From Desulfobacterales bacterium (GTDB lineage Bacteria > Desulfobacterota > Desulfobacteria > Desulfobacterales > UBA5852), in NCBI GenBank assembly GCA_963674755.2, contig CAXXVS010000003.1:2080001-2144000 (forward strand): a stretch of DNA of 64,000 bases, given 5' to 3'. A program made the position numbers and the translations under genes. The first letter of the stretch is position 1. The number at the start of each line of letters is the position of its first letter. The notes under the pieces are model-generated. The model was not told the DNA's origin. It searched no databases and worked only from the letters and a program-made list of their open reading frames with translations. Below are positions 39,727-49,917 of this stretch, piece by piece.

Positions 39727-40120
39727 CGATGGGGTGTGATTGAAGGGTTTGGCGCTTTGCTTGGGCTAGGCCGTTCAGAGACGCATGCCCCCCGCCGCAT
39801 CGCCAGCACGGAGGCGGTCTAACGCCGTACGTGCTTTTCAATGCTTTCATGACGCAGCCTGCTTGCCGTTTTCGGCCGGCAGGCTGATTTAATTTTTACC
39901 GTCGGATCATACCGGTTCCGTGCCCTCCCGGAGATAGCATTTCCCCGATAGCTGCCACAATGTTTTCCCGGCGGTGTCCTGCGCCCGTCTCGTATTGTCA
40001 TATGCGCAGCCGTCCTTATTATATGCCCCATATCAAATCGACGCTTCATCGCTGCTTGCAACAGCAACGCCTTCAGGCGCCTATTGCGCCTGGGGACGGG
40101 CGCTATGGAAAGGAATCCCG

Positions 40121-43057
40121 ATGAAATTGCACGACACTTTTTTCAGACGATCAATGATTCTTTGTGCATTCCTGCTGAGTGTGGCAACGGCTGGGTGGAA
40201 TGGAAACGTCACCGCAGCGGAGCTTGCTGATGCCGGACAGATGCCCGGCGCGCCCATTGCCTCTGCCGGGGCGTCCCCACCGGCAGGGGCAGCCGCCTGG
40301 CCGCATTCCCACTCGGACCTGGCTCCGGACCCCCAGGCCGTTTTCGGCCGTCTGGACAATGGATTTCGCTATGTCGTGCTTCCCAATGCCAAACCTAAAG
40401 ACCGCGTCAGTTTGCATCTGGTCGTTCTGGCCGGTTCCATCGACGAGACGGATGATCAGCGTGGCCTTGCCCACTTTCTGGAGCATATGCTGTTCAATGG
40501 ATCGACCCATTTCCCTCCGGGCGAACTCGTCAAATATTTCCAGAAGATCGGCATGGAATTCGGTCCCGACGCCAATGCGCGCACCGGGTTTTTCGATACG
40601 GTCTACGACATCAATCTGCCGGCCTCCGATCGCCAAAGTCTACAGGAAGCCCTTCTGGTGATGCAGGATTACGCTGAAGGGGCCCTTCTTCTACAGTCGG
40701 AAATCGATCGCGAACGGGGGGTCATTTTAGCTGAGAAGCGACTGCGCGATTCGGCCGACTATCGCGCCTATGTGGCTTCTCTGGATTTCGAGCTCAAAGG
40801 AACGCGGTTCCCCGCGCGTCTTCCGATCGGAAGCGCCCACATCATCGAATCCGCCGACCGGCCGGTGCTCAAAGCGTTTTACGACACCTGGTATCGCCCC
40901 GCCAATATGGTGCTGGTTTTAGTCGGTGATATGGATCCTGCGTTGGCCCGTGAACTCATTGAAAAGCAGTTTGACGGCATGGCGCCCCGTGCGCCGGCCC
41001 GGGCCCGACCTGCCACCGGAAAGATCGACCATCAGGGCCTGGAGACATTTTATCACTACGAGAAAGAGCTCGGCAGTACAACCGTGACGGTGCAAGTCAT
41101 GGATAACACCTCGCCTCCGGTGGATAACGCGGCTTACGAGCGTCGGTTGATCGAAGAGCGATTGGCCAACCAGATCATCCAGAACCGATTGAACCGCAAA
41201 ATCAGCCAGGCCGGTTCGCCGGCTACGGATGCCAGTGTCGGCAGCGGGGTTTTTCTGCAGCAGATCCGTTATGGGGTTATCAGTGCCGACTGCCAGCCGG
41301 CCAACTGGCGCACAACGCTGGCGCTGGTTGAGCAGGAACTGCGCCAGGCGCTGCAATACGGTTTTAGCGAGGCGGAGCTGGCGCGCGTTAAAAAGGATTA
41401 TCGGGCCCAATTGGAACAGGCTGTCGCGCAGGCCCAAACCAGGGAGAGTTCTTCCCTGGCGCGCGAGCTGATCTATACGGTCACCAACGATTATGTCTTC
41501 CGCTCCCCCGAGCAGGAAAAAGCCTTTGCCGATCCGATTGTCGCGGCCATCACCGCGGCCGACCTATTGCAGCGCCTGCATCTGCTCTGGGACCGGGAAC
41601 AGCGTCTGGTGCTGGTTTATGGCAATGTTGCCATAGCCCCTGCAAGCGGCACGCCGGAAGCGGCGATCGCGGATGCCTATGATCGCTCCCGGATGGTCGC
41701 CGTTACAGCGCCGGTGCAAGCGCCCGCCGTGCGCTTTCCCTATCTAGCCCCACCGTCAGGGGAAGGGCGGATCGTTGCACGGCAGACCTTTGAAGATCTT
41801 GGGATTACCATGATCCAGTTTGCCAACCATATCAGCCTTAATTTCAAACCGACCGATTTTACCGCTGATGAAGTGCAGTTCGCGCTGTCTTTCGGCCAGG
41901 GCCGGTCGGGCGTCCCGACCCCGAAAGCCGCCATGGCCGCGCTGGCCGACGACGTGGTGAATGAAAGCGGATTGGGGCGGCTGGACAAAGAAGCCCTCAT
42001 GCGGGCCCTGGCCGGGAAGAAAACCAATATGCGGTTCAGTGTCAAAGACGATCGGTTCGTGATCGAAGGACGCTCGACGCCGGCCGAACTGGAATTGATG
42101 TTCCAGCTGCTGTATGCGGCCGTGCAGGATCCGGCGTTTCGTGATGATGCCTGGCGGCTGGCCCGGGAACGCTACCAGCAGACCTATCAGGCCATGCGCC
42201 AATCCATGGACGGTGTTATGAGCCTCTATGGGTGGCGTTTTCTCAGCGGGGGCGACCCACGCTTCGGCATGCCGCCCCTGGCAGACCTGGACGGGTTGTC
42301 GGCCAAGGATGTCGCCGAATGGATCGGCCGCGCGTTGCACAGCGGCGCGATGGAGCTTTCCGTGGTGGGGGATTTCGATCCTAAGACGATCGTTCCGCTG
42401 GCTGCGCGCTATCTGGGGGGATTGCCCGTCAGGGAAGATCCGCATATGACGACGGACGGCCTGCGGTCGGGCCCGCGGTTCCCTGCGGCGCGTAAGATGG
42501 GCGTTTCCGTCATGACGAAGATCGACAAGGCTTTATTGGTCATGGCCCTGCCCACCGATGATATCTGGGATATCCAACGGACGCGGCGCTTGAACGTCTT
42601 GGCGAACATCATTGCCGACCGCCTGCGACAGCAGATCCGGGAAAAGCTCGGCGCGGCCTATTCCACCGGCGCCTTCAGCCTGCCCAGCCGCACTTATAAA
42701 AATTACGGCCTGCTGGTCGTCTATATTCCCCTGGCGCCGGAAACCCTGGACCGGGTGGATGCGGAAGTCACCGCGATTCTCGACGATATCCGCCGCAAAG
42801 GCGTTTCGGCAGATGAATTGCAGCGGGCCCTGGAGCCAACCCTGAAAGGGATCAGGGATCGCTTCCGCGACAACGACTACTGGCTGGGAACCGTCCTGGC
42901 CGGTGCGTCTCGTCATCCCGTTCAATTGGAATGGAGCCGTACCATCATGGCTGACTATGCCGGCATCCAAGTCACCGATATTGAACAAATCGCACGCCGC
43001 TATTTGGACATGGCCAAACTGGCTGTCATTGAGGCGCGTGCTTCAAGCGCGCCGTAA
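40121..43057 (+). CDS. M16 family zinc protease (PqqL-like), exported
   Basis: GRLDNGFRY, GLAHFLEHMLFNGS (HxxEH), FYDTWYRP, IREKLGAAYS, signal peptide. Confidence 0.92.
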   Translation: MKLHDTFFRRSMILCAFLLSVATAGWNGNVTAAELADAGQMPGAPIASAGASPPAGAAAWPHSHSDLAPDPQAVFGRLDNGFRYVVLPNAKPKDRVSLHLVVLAGSIDETDDQRGLAHFLEHMLFNGSTHFPPGELVKYFQKIGMEFGPDANARTGFFDTVYDINLPASDRQSLQEALLVMQDYAEGALLLQSEIDRERGVILAEKRLRDSADYRAYVASLDFELKGTRFPARLPIGSAHIIESADRPVLKAFYDTWYRPANMVLVLVGDMDPALARELIEKQFDGMAPRAPARARPATGKIDHQGLETFYHYEKELGSTTVTVQVMDNTSPPVDNAAYERRLIEERLANQIIQNRLNRKISQAGSPATDASVGSGVFLQQIRYGVISADCQPANWRTTLALVEQELRQALQYGFSEAELARVKKDYRAQLEQAVAQAQTRESSSLARELIYTVTNDYVFRSPEQEKAFADPIVAAITAADLLQRLHLLWDREQRLVLVYGNVAIAPASGTPEAAIADAYDRSRMVAVTAPVQAPAVRFPYLAPPSGEGRIVARQTFEDLGITMIQFANHISLNFKPTDFTADEVQFALSFGQGRSGVPTPKAAMAALADDVVNESGLGRLDKEALMRALAGKKTNMRFSVKDDRFVIEGRSTPAELELMFQLLYAAVQDPAFRDDAWRLARERYQQTYQAMRQSMDGVMSLYGWRFLSGGDPRFGMPPLADLDGLSAKDVAEWIGRALHSGAMELSVVGDFDPKTIVPLAARYLGGLPVREDPHMTTDGLRSGPRFPAARKMGVSVMTKIDKALLVMALPTDDIWDIQRTRRLNVLANIIADRLRQQIREKLGAAYSTGAFSLPSRTYKNYGLLVVYIPLAPETLDRVDAEVTAILDDIRRKGVSADELQRALEPTLKGIRDRFRDNDYWLGTVLAGASRHPVQLEWSRTIMADYAGIQVTDIEQIARRYLDMAKLAVIEARASSAP

Positions 43058-43318
43058 TCACCGCGGCGGAAGGGGTAAATCATCGCAAGGCGTCTCTTGA
43101 GCTAAACACCGCCACCGAATACGGCCAAGGGGCTGGCGGGTGTTGCCCGCATGGCGTCGCCAACCGACTGGCGCCTAGCGCGGGCCGGCCGCCATCCGGC
43201 CGGGCAGCGGGAAAAGGCTTTCCATACGCGTCTTGGGCCTGACGGGCCAAACCGTGTTGCCTGGGACAGGATGTCGTGATATGGAAACCCGAATCTTTGG
43301 CGCGGAAAGGATAACGCC

Positions 43319-44749
43319 ATGCCTGAAAACGAAACCTCAGGCGGTATATGGGATGCCGCTTGGGGATTTTTTGCCTCGGTACGCCTGACCATCATTTTGC
43401 TCCTCTCCCTGGCGGCAACCTCGATTGTCGGTACCTTTATTCCCCAGAACAAGCAACCCCTGGAGTACCTGCAGGCCTTCGGTGAATTCGGCTACCGGTT
43501 GCTCGCGGCCCTCGACTTTTTCGACATGTACCGTTCCTGGTGGTTCCGCCTGCTGATCATGCTGCTGGTGCTGAACATCATCGTGTGCAGTATCGAACGG
43601 CTGGCCTCCCTCAGTAAGATCATCTTTGTCCGCAACCCCTCCTTCAAGCGCTCCCGTTTCCAAAAGACCCGCAACCGATCGGTCTTCGACGACGACCGCC
43701 AGCCGGAAACACTCAAGGACCTGTTCCTGCCCGTGCTGCAGCGGCGGTATCGTCATACCCGCTTGGAAGAAGGTGCGGACGGCGCCTTGTGCCTTTTCGC
43801 TGAAAAATGGCGCTGGACCCGCATCGGCGTCTATGTGGTGCATCTAAGCATCGTGGTGCTGCTGCTCGGCAGTCTGGTCGGCTCGATTTTCGGTTTTGAG
43901 GGGTTTGTCAACATTCCCGAAAACGAGACCGTCGACACGATCTTTTTACGGCAATCCGGCAAGGCCTACCGACTGCCCTTCAGCATCCGCTGTGACGACT
44001 TCGACGTCCGTTTCTATGCCAACGGTGCGCCCGAGGAATTCCGCTCCCGTCTGACGATTCTCAAAAATGGGCGCCCTGTGCTGGAAAAGGACATTCTTGT
44101 AAATCATCCCCTGCGCTATCAGGGGATCAACCTGTTTCAATCCAGTTACGGCAAAATGGCCCCGGAGGCGCGACCGGAGGATAGCGAGTTGCCGGAGGAA
44201 GTGACCTTGCGGATTACCATGAAAGCAAGCGGCCGCTCTTTTACACGCCAAGCGGCGATCGGCGATCAGTTCGACCTGCCGGATGGTTTGGGTACGCTGA
44301 AGGTCGCCGGCTTCCAAAAGGCCATCCAATTCGGCGGGCAGAACTTGGGTCCCGGGCTAGTTCTGGCGTTGCAGAAAACCGATGGGCAAACCGAACAAAT
44401 CCTCCTGCCGTTGCATTTCCCCAATTTTGACAAGATGCGCGGCGGGACCTTTTTTGTTTCCATTCTTGGTCAGAAACAGCGCGCGTTCCAACCCGGGGAG
44501 CACGCCGAACGTTATTACACGGGCCTGCAGGTGACCAAGGACCCCGGTGTCCCCATCGTGTATACCGGATTCGTGGGAATGATCATCGGATTTATCATTA
44601 CCTTTTTTATGTCCCACCAGAGCGTGTGCGTGGAGTTGACGGCGCGCCAGGGCGGAACCCACGTGGCCGTCGCGGGCATCGCCGATCGCAACAAGCTGGG
44701 CATGGAACGAAAAACTGCGCAACTGGCCGAACGGCTGCAAGCCCTGTAA
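43319..44749 (+). CDS. resB: System II cytochrome c biogenesis protein ResB/Ccs1
   Basis: FFASVRLTI...GTFIPQ, DMYRSWWF, VYVVHLSI, VNHPLRY, TGLQVTKDPGVPIVY. Confidence 0.9.
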   Translation: MPENETSGGIWDAAWGFFASVRLTIILLLSLAATSIVGTFIPQNKQPLEYLQAFGEFGYRLLAALDFFDMYRSWWFRLLIMLLVLNIIVCSIERLASLSKIIFVRNPSFKRSRFQKTRNRSVFDDDRQPETLKDLFLPVLQRRYRHTRLEEGADGALCLFAEKWRWTRIGVYVVHLSIVVLLLGSLVGSIFGFEGFVNIPENETVDTIFLRQSGKAYRLPFSIRCDDFDVRFYANGAPEEFRSRLTILKNGRPVLEKDILVNHPLRYQGINLFQSSYGKMAPEARPEDSELPEEVTLRITMKASGRSFTRQAAIGDQFDLPDGLGTLKVAGFQKAIQFGGQNLGPGLVLALQKTDGQTEQILLPLHFPNFDKMRGGTFFVSILGQKQRAFQPGEHAERYYTGLQVTKDPGVPIVYTGFVGMIIGFIITFFMSHQSVCVELTARQGGTHVAVAGIADRNKLGMERKTAQLAERLQAL

Positions 44750-44831
44750 AGGATAATCGTGCGATTGCTGGGGCTATGTGCTGTGCCAGGCCGTCGCCAA
44801 CCCTTTTGACCTGATAGTTTAAGGATCGATC

Positions 44832-45659
44832 ATGAGCAGTTCACATATCCTCTCCATCGTCACCTTTATATACGGTCTGGCTGCCTTTCTCTATATTTTC
44901 GAATGGGTCTTCGGCAAACAGGCGGCCGGACGTGCGGCCACCGTGGTGGCCTTTATCGGCCTCATCGGGAATACCGCCGGCATCATCCTGCGCTGGATCG
45001 AATCCTATCGAATGGGGATCGGCCACGCGCCCCTGTCCAACCTTTACGAGTCCCTGGTGTTTTTTGCCTGGTGTATCATCCTGCTGCACCTGTTTCTCGA
45101 GTGGCGCTACAAAAAGCGCATCTTCGGCGTGATCGGTACGGTGGCCGCCGTGGCCGCCCTGGCCTATGCCTCCCTGAAACCCAGTGAGATCCAACCGCTT
45201 ATTCCCGCGCTGAAAAGCAATTGGCTGATTGCCCATGTCTTCACCTGTTTTATCGGGTATGCGTCCTTTGCCATCGCCTTCGGCATCAGTCTGCTCTATG
45301 TGCTGCGACACGTGGGCGGGCCGGCCGTGCTGAAGCGGCTGCCCTCCGACAGCCTGATGGATGAGTTGACCCACCAATTGGTGATGTTCGGCTTTCTCTT
45401 TCTATCGGCGGGCATCATCAGCGGTGCCGTCTGGGCCAACTCCGCTTGGGGGCGCTACTGGGGATGGGACCCCAAGGAAACTTGGTCCCTGGTTACCTGG
45501 TTCATCTATGCCACCCTCCTGCACGCCCGCTTCATGCGCGGCTGGCGCGGAAACCGGATCGCGGTGCTCTCCATCGTCGGCTTCCTGGCCGTATTGTTTA
45601 CCTATTTCGGGGTCAACTATCTCCCCGGGTTGCATAGTTACGGGGCGATGGGGCAATGA
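44832..45659 (+). CDS. ccsA: System II cytochrome c synthase CcsA/ResC
   Basis: HAPLSNLYESL, PALKSNWLIAHV, GAVWANSAWGRYWGWDPKETW, GLHSYG. Confidence 0.95.
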   Translation: MSSSHILSIVTFIYGLAAFLYIFEWVFGKQAAGRAATVVAFIGLIGNTAGIILRWIESYRMGIGHAPLSNLYESLVFFAWCIILLHLFLEWRYKKRIFGVIGTVAAVAALAYASLKPSEIQPLIPALKSNWLIAHVFTCFIGYASFAIAFGISLLYVLRHVGGPAVLKRLPSDSLMDELTHQLVMFGFLFLSAGIISGAVWANSAWGRYWGWDPKETWSLVTWFIYATLLHARFMRGWRGNRIAVLSIVGFLAVLFTYFGVNYLPGLHSYGAMGQ

Positions 45660-46026
45660 TTTTGACTTGACATGGTGGCCGCGGGCAGGGTAGAAAAAAC
45701 AAATTTTCGCTACCTGAACATGGATGGATAGCGGCCTGCAGCGATACAGGGCCGCTGGACTATACAAGGCCATCCGCCCTGATCCGACAGGAGTGGCGTG
45801 GGTGGTTTTCTTCGTGAGGGACTGGGAAGTTACCGACAACTGTTAAAAATCGGCAAAGGTTCAGCAAACTGTGAGCGTTGGGGAGGATCCCTGATTTTGG
45901 TGGCCGACGGTAGGGGAAATGCTGAAATGAATTTTGCGACGGTGCATCATTCAAGCATTTCCCTCCGGATCGTGGCTTCCGATTGAAGGGATTTTTTATT
46001 TTGTTCTGCAGCCGGACGGAGTTTCC

Positions 46027-46704
46027 ATGAGTAAATCAGACGATACCAAACACGTTGCAGGGGAGCGTCAGGAAAAGGCGCCCGACACCAGTGGGACGGG
46101 CGCTTCGATCCTTCTCTTTTTTGTGATCGGATTTGCGCTCAGCCTTGTCGTGGGGTGGGGCATCTTCCCCAAGCTGTTGTATTCCAAAAAAAAGCAGCCG
46201 GTTGATTTTAACCATGCCATGCACCTGGAGCTGGTCGACGAAGGGTGTCAAAGCTGCCATTTTTTCCGCGCGGACGGCAGCTTTTCCGGTGCGCCGACGC
46301 TGGCGCAATGCATCGGCTGTCATGACGAGATGCAGGGCGACACCGCCAACGAGATGAATTTTTACGAAAACTATATCCAGAAGGACCGTGAAGTCCCCTG
46401 GCTGATCTACGCCAAACAACCCCAATGCGTCTTTTTTTCGCATGTGGCCCATGTCAAAATGGCGAACATGGATTGTGTGACCTGCCATGGCTTCATCGGC
46501 GACTCGACCCAACTTCCGATATACGAGCAGAACCGCATTTCCCTATACAGCCGCAATATCTGGGGCAAAAACATCGGCGGATTCAAAGAGAATACCTGGG
46601 ACCGCATGAAGATGGATGATTGTTCCGAGTGTCATGTCCGCGAGGGTGTCCGCCAGGCGAGTGTCCAGACAGCCAAAGGCGGCTGTTTCGTCTGCCACAA
46701 ATAA
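46027..46704 (+). CDS. qrcA: Menaquinone reductase multiheme cytochrome c subunit
   Basis: N-terminal TM, KQPVDFNH, five CxxCH motifs (CQSCH, CIGCH, CVTCH, CSECH, CFVCH), operon context. Confidence 0.9.
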   Translation: MSKSDDTKHVAGERQEKAPDTSGTGASILLFFVIGFALSLVVGWGIFPKLLYSKKKQPVDFNHAMHLELVDEGCQSCHFFRADGSFSGAPTLAQCIGCHDEMQGDTANEMNFYENYIQKDREVPWLIYAKQPQCVFFSHVAHVKMANMDCVTCHGFIGDSTQLPIYEQNRISLYSRNIWGKNIGGFKENTWDRMKMDDCSECHVREGVRQASVQTAKGGCFVCHK

Positions 46705-46750
46705 GCGATCCAGCTATGATTCGAGAAGATTTCAGCAGGAGACGAGGGGT

Positions 46751-48982
46751 ATGTCGATGAAAATAGACCGAAGGAGTTTCTTAGCCCTTGGTGTCGGCGG
46801 TGCCGTGGGAACCGCTCTGACGCCGTTGCCCTGGAAAATTCAGGACGATCTGGCGATCTGGACCCAGATGTGGCCCTGGACACCCGACCCGCCCGGTGGT
46901 GCCAACACCTATGTCAACACCGTCAGTCCCCTTTGCGGGAGCGGATGCGGCGTTACGGTGCGCAAAGTCGGCGAGCGGGCGGTCAAAATCGAAGGCCGCA
47001 AAGATTTCCCCACCAACGAAGGCGGCTTGTGCAATCTTTGCGCGGCCGGGCTTCAGATGCTTTATGGCCCGACCCGTGTCCCCTTTCCCATGAAGCGCAT
47101 CGGGGAACGCGGTGCCAACGAATGGCAGCGGATATCCTGGGAAGAGGCCATTTCGATGCTCGCCGAGCAACTGGGGGAAATCCGTCAGGCCGGCCAGCCG
47201 GAAACCGTCTGTTGCCTCTCGGGACGCCGATACGGCTCCATGCCGGACCTTCTGAAACGGTTTATGACGGCTTACGGTTCTCCCAATTTTACGGTCATGC
47301 CATCCATGGCCGATGGCTACGACATGATGCTAAAGCGCATGCATGGTGTCGAGGGGCGTGTGGGGTTCGATCTGGGCAAGGCGGACTATATCCTTAGCTT
47401 CGGCAGCGGTCTTATCGAGGGCTGGGGGAATACCGCCTATATGATTCGGATCAACAGCCTCTGGAAAGAGAACAACGCCACCATCAAACAGATTGAACCG
47501 CGATTGTCCAACACCGCCGCCAAGGCGGATCAGTGGATTCCCATTACACCGGGTACGGAAGTCCTTCTGGCACTCGGTATCGCGTATGTCATTATCAAGG
47601 AATCCCTTTATAATTACGACTTCGTCAATAATTATGCGTCGGGTTTCGAAGCCCTGCGCAGCTTCGTGTTGAGCGGATACAGTCCCGGCAATGTGGCCAA
47701 GCAAACCGGTGTGGATCAGTCCACCATCGTGACCTTGGCGCGTGAGTTCGCCCGTTCCCGGCGGCCGCTGGCCCTTTGCGGCCGTGGACAGGGCCATGTG
47801 CCGGGGGCCTTGGGCGGCTATGTGGCAGTGCATCTTCTCAACGCCCTGGTGGGCAATATCAACCGCCCCGGCGGCGTGTGGGCTTTGCCGCGACCGGCCA
47901 TGGAGGGATGGCCGGAGCCGATGCTGGATGCCCAGGCCCAAGCCGGCATGGCGAAGCCGCGTTTGGACGGTGCCGGCGGACCCGCCTTTCCCTTTGCGGA
48001 GCAACTCGCCAACCGATTGCCCCAGGCGATCACGGCCGGGCGCCCTTATCCCCTCAAGGCCTTGTTGGTCTACGAGGCCAATCCCGTTTTCAGCATGCCC
48101 GGTGCCGCCGCCGTCCGCCAAGCCCTTCAGCAAGTGCCCTTCATCGTAAGCTTTGCGACCCATATGGATGAAACCGCGGCCATCGCCGATCTGATCCTGC
48201 CCAACCATGCCCACTTGGAGCGTTGGGACGATGTCGCGGTGACGGCCGGCTACAATCGTCCCCTGGTCGGTTTGGCCCAAGCGGTGGTAGCGCCGCAGCA
48301 GGATACCATGCACACCGGGGACGTGTTCCTGCAAGTTGCCGCCACTTTGGGCGGAAGCCTGGCGGCATCACTGGCCTGGAATGATTATGCGGCCTGCCTG
48401 CAGGAAGGGCATGCGGCCCACTGGGCCGATCTCGAGGAAAACGGTTACTGGCTCGATCGGTCCTATGCGCCTGAAACGTGGTCGTTCGCTTTCCCGACCC
48501 CGTCGGGCAAATTTGACTTCACTGCTTCCGATGGTGATCTCAAAGCCCTTTTTGCGCCCATTCCCGCTGAAGGCGATGGCGGCAGCTACAACCTGAAGCT
48601 GATCGCCTATGATTCGGTGCGCATCGCCAACGGCGCGGTGGGTTCACCACCGTTTCTCATCAAAACCGTTTCCGACAAGGTCCTCGAGGGGAATACGCTC
48701 CTAGTGGATGTGAATCCGGAAACGGCTCAGGCGGCCGGCTTCCGCGAAGGTGATGCGGCCCTGCTCAAGACACCGCTGGGTAGCGCTTCGGTGCGGGTGC
48801 ATCTGTCGCCGGATCTGATGCCGGGCCTGGTGGCGATTCCGCGGGGATTAGGCCATACCGCCTATGACGATTATCTGGCTGAAAAAGGGATCAACGCCAA
48901 CGACCTGATCGGTCCGGTGGAAGATCCGGCCTCCGGCCTCGACGCGACCTGGGGTATTCTCGCTTCACTGGTGAAAGCCTAA
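46751..48982 (+). CDS. qrcB: Menaquinone reductase molybdopterin-oxidoreductase-like subunit
   Basis: Tat signal DRRSFL, LTPLPWKIQDDLAIWTQ, DMSO-reductase-family motifs (ISWEEA, DETAAIADLILP). Confidence 0.9.
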   Translation: MSMKIDRRSFLALGVGGAVGTALTPLPWKIQDDLAIWTQMWPWTPDPPGGANTYVNTVSPLCGSGCGVTVRKVGERAVKIEGRKDFPTNEGGLCNLCAAGLQMLYGPTRVPFPMKRIGERGANEWQRISWEEAISMLAEQLGEIRQAGQPETVCCLSGRRYGSMPDLLKRFMTAYGSPNFTVMPSMADGYDMMLKRMHGVEGRVGFDLGKADYILSFGSGLIEGWGNTAYMIRINSLWKENNATIKQIEPRLSNTAAKADQWIPITPGTEVLLALGIAYVIIKESLYNYDFVNNYASGFEALRSFVLSGYSPGNVAKQTGVDQSTIVTLAREFARSRRPLALCGRGQGHVPGALGGYVAVHLLNALVGNINRPGGVWALPRPAMEGWPEPMLDAQAQAGMAKPRLDGAGGPAFPFAEQLANRLPQAITAGRPYPLKALLVYEANPVFSMPGAAAVRQALQQVPFIVSFATHMDETAAIADLILPNHAHLERWDDVAVTAGYNRPLVGLAQAVVAPQQDTMHTGDVFLQVAATLGGSLAASLAWNDYAACLQEGHAAHWADLEENGYWLDRSYAPETWSFAFPTPSGKFDFTASDGDLKALFAPIPAEGDGGSYNLKLIAYDSVRIANGAVGSPPFLIKTVSDKVLEGNTLLVDVNPETAQAAGFREGDAALLKTPLGSASVRVHLSPDLMPGLVAIPRGLGHTAYDDYLAEKGINANDLIGPVEDPASGLDATWGILASLVKA

Positions 48983-49002
48983 TTCAATAGTACGAGGTTC
49001 TG

Positions 49003-49821
49003 ATGACACAAACAGGCGATTTCGGTAAACCCAAACGTTACGGAATGGTTATCGACCTGGACAAATGTACCGGGTGCGGGACGTGCATGGTGGCCTGCAT
49101 GGCCGAGAACAACGTCCCGTTCAAAAAGGACGAATCCGACAAATTGAAAAGCATCACATGGATGCGGGTTTATCGGTTGACCAACGGGAAGCCCTATCCG
49201 GACAACGAAATCTGTTATCTTCCCCGTCCTTGTCAGCATTGCGCCGGCAAACACGAGGGGCATTCGCCCTGCGTGTCGGTCTGCCCGGCCACGGCCACGG
49301 ATTACGACAAAGATACCGGCATCGTGAGTCAGATTTACACCCGTTGTTTCGGCTGCCGCTACTGCATGGCCGCCTGCCCCTACCACGCCCGCTATTTTAA
49401 CTGGTGGGATCCGGTGTGGCCCAAAGGAATGGAAAAGTACCTGAATCCCAACGTGTCCGCCCGGATGCGCGGCATAGTGGAAAAATGCGGTTTTTGTTTC
49501 CAGCGCTATCAGAAAGCGATGGAACAGGCCAATATGGAAGGCCGGCGGGAATTGGAAGAACACGAATACCAAACGGCTTGCACCCAGGCCTGCCCGGCCG
49601 GGGCGATCACGTTCGGCGATTTGTACAATCCCCATCACAAGGTGCATCAAATGGCCCAACCGGATTTTACCAAGGGCGGCCGGCCACGCAATCCCAAGGC
49701 CTTCCGGCTTTTGGAAGAGCTTCAGACCAATCCTAAAGTGTACTATATGTCCAGTAAAGAGTGGGTCCGGAAAGCGGGCTACAAGCCGGACCTGCTGGAT
49801 CATCAAGCGGCCGAGCACTAA
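49003..49821 (+). CDS. qrcC: Menaquinone reductase iron-sulfur subunit
   Basis: YGMVIDLDKCTGCGTCMVAC, PCQHC, CVSVCP, RCFGCRYCMAACPY, EKCGFC, ACTQACP. Confidence 0.93.
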   Translation: MTQTGDFGKPKRYGMVIDLDKCTGCGTCMVACMAENNVPFKKDESDKLKSITWMRVYRLTNGKPYPDNEICYLPRPCQHCAGKHEGHSPCVSVCPATATDYDKDTGIVSQIYTRCFGCRYCMAACPYHARYFNWWDPVWPKGMEKYLNPNVSARMRGIVEKCGFCFQRYQKAMEQANMEGRRELEEHEYQTACTQACPAGAITFGDLYNPHHKVHQMAQPDFTKGGRPRNPKAFRLLEELQTNPKVYYMSSKEWVRKAGYKPDLLDHQAAEH

Positions 49822-49917
49822 AACGGGTGCAACCGCCGATGGGGGAATAACCTGCGACCGGCTGTCTGGCCCCGGTCCCACCCATTAATCGACAGCTTTT
49901 TTAGGAGCACGGGTTTT

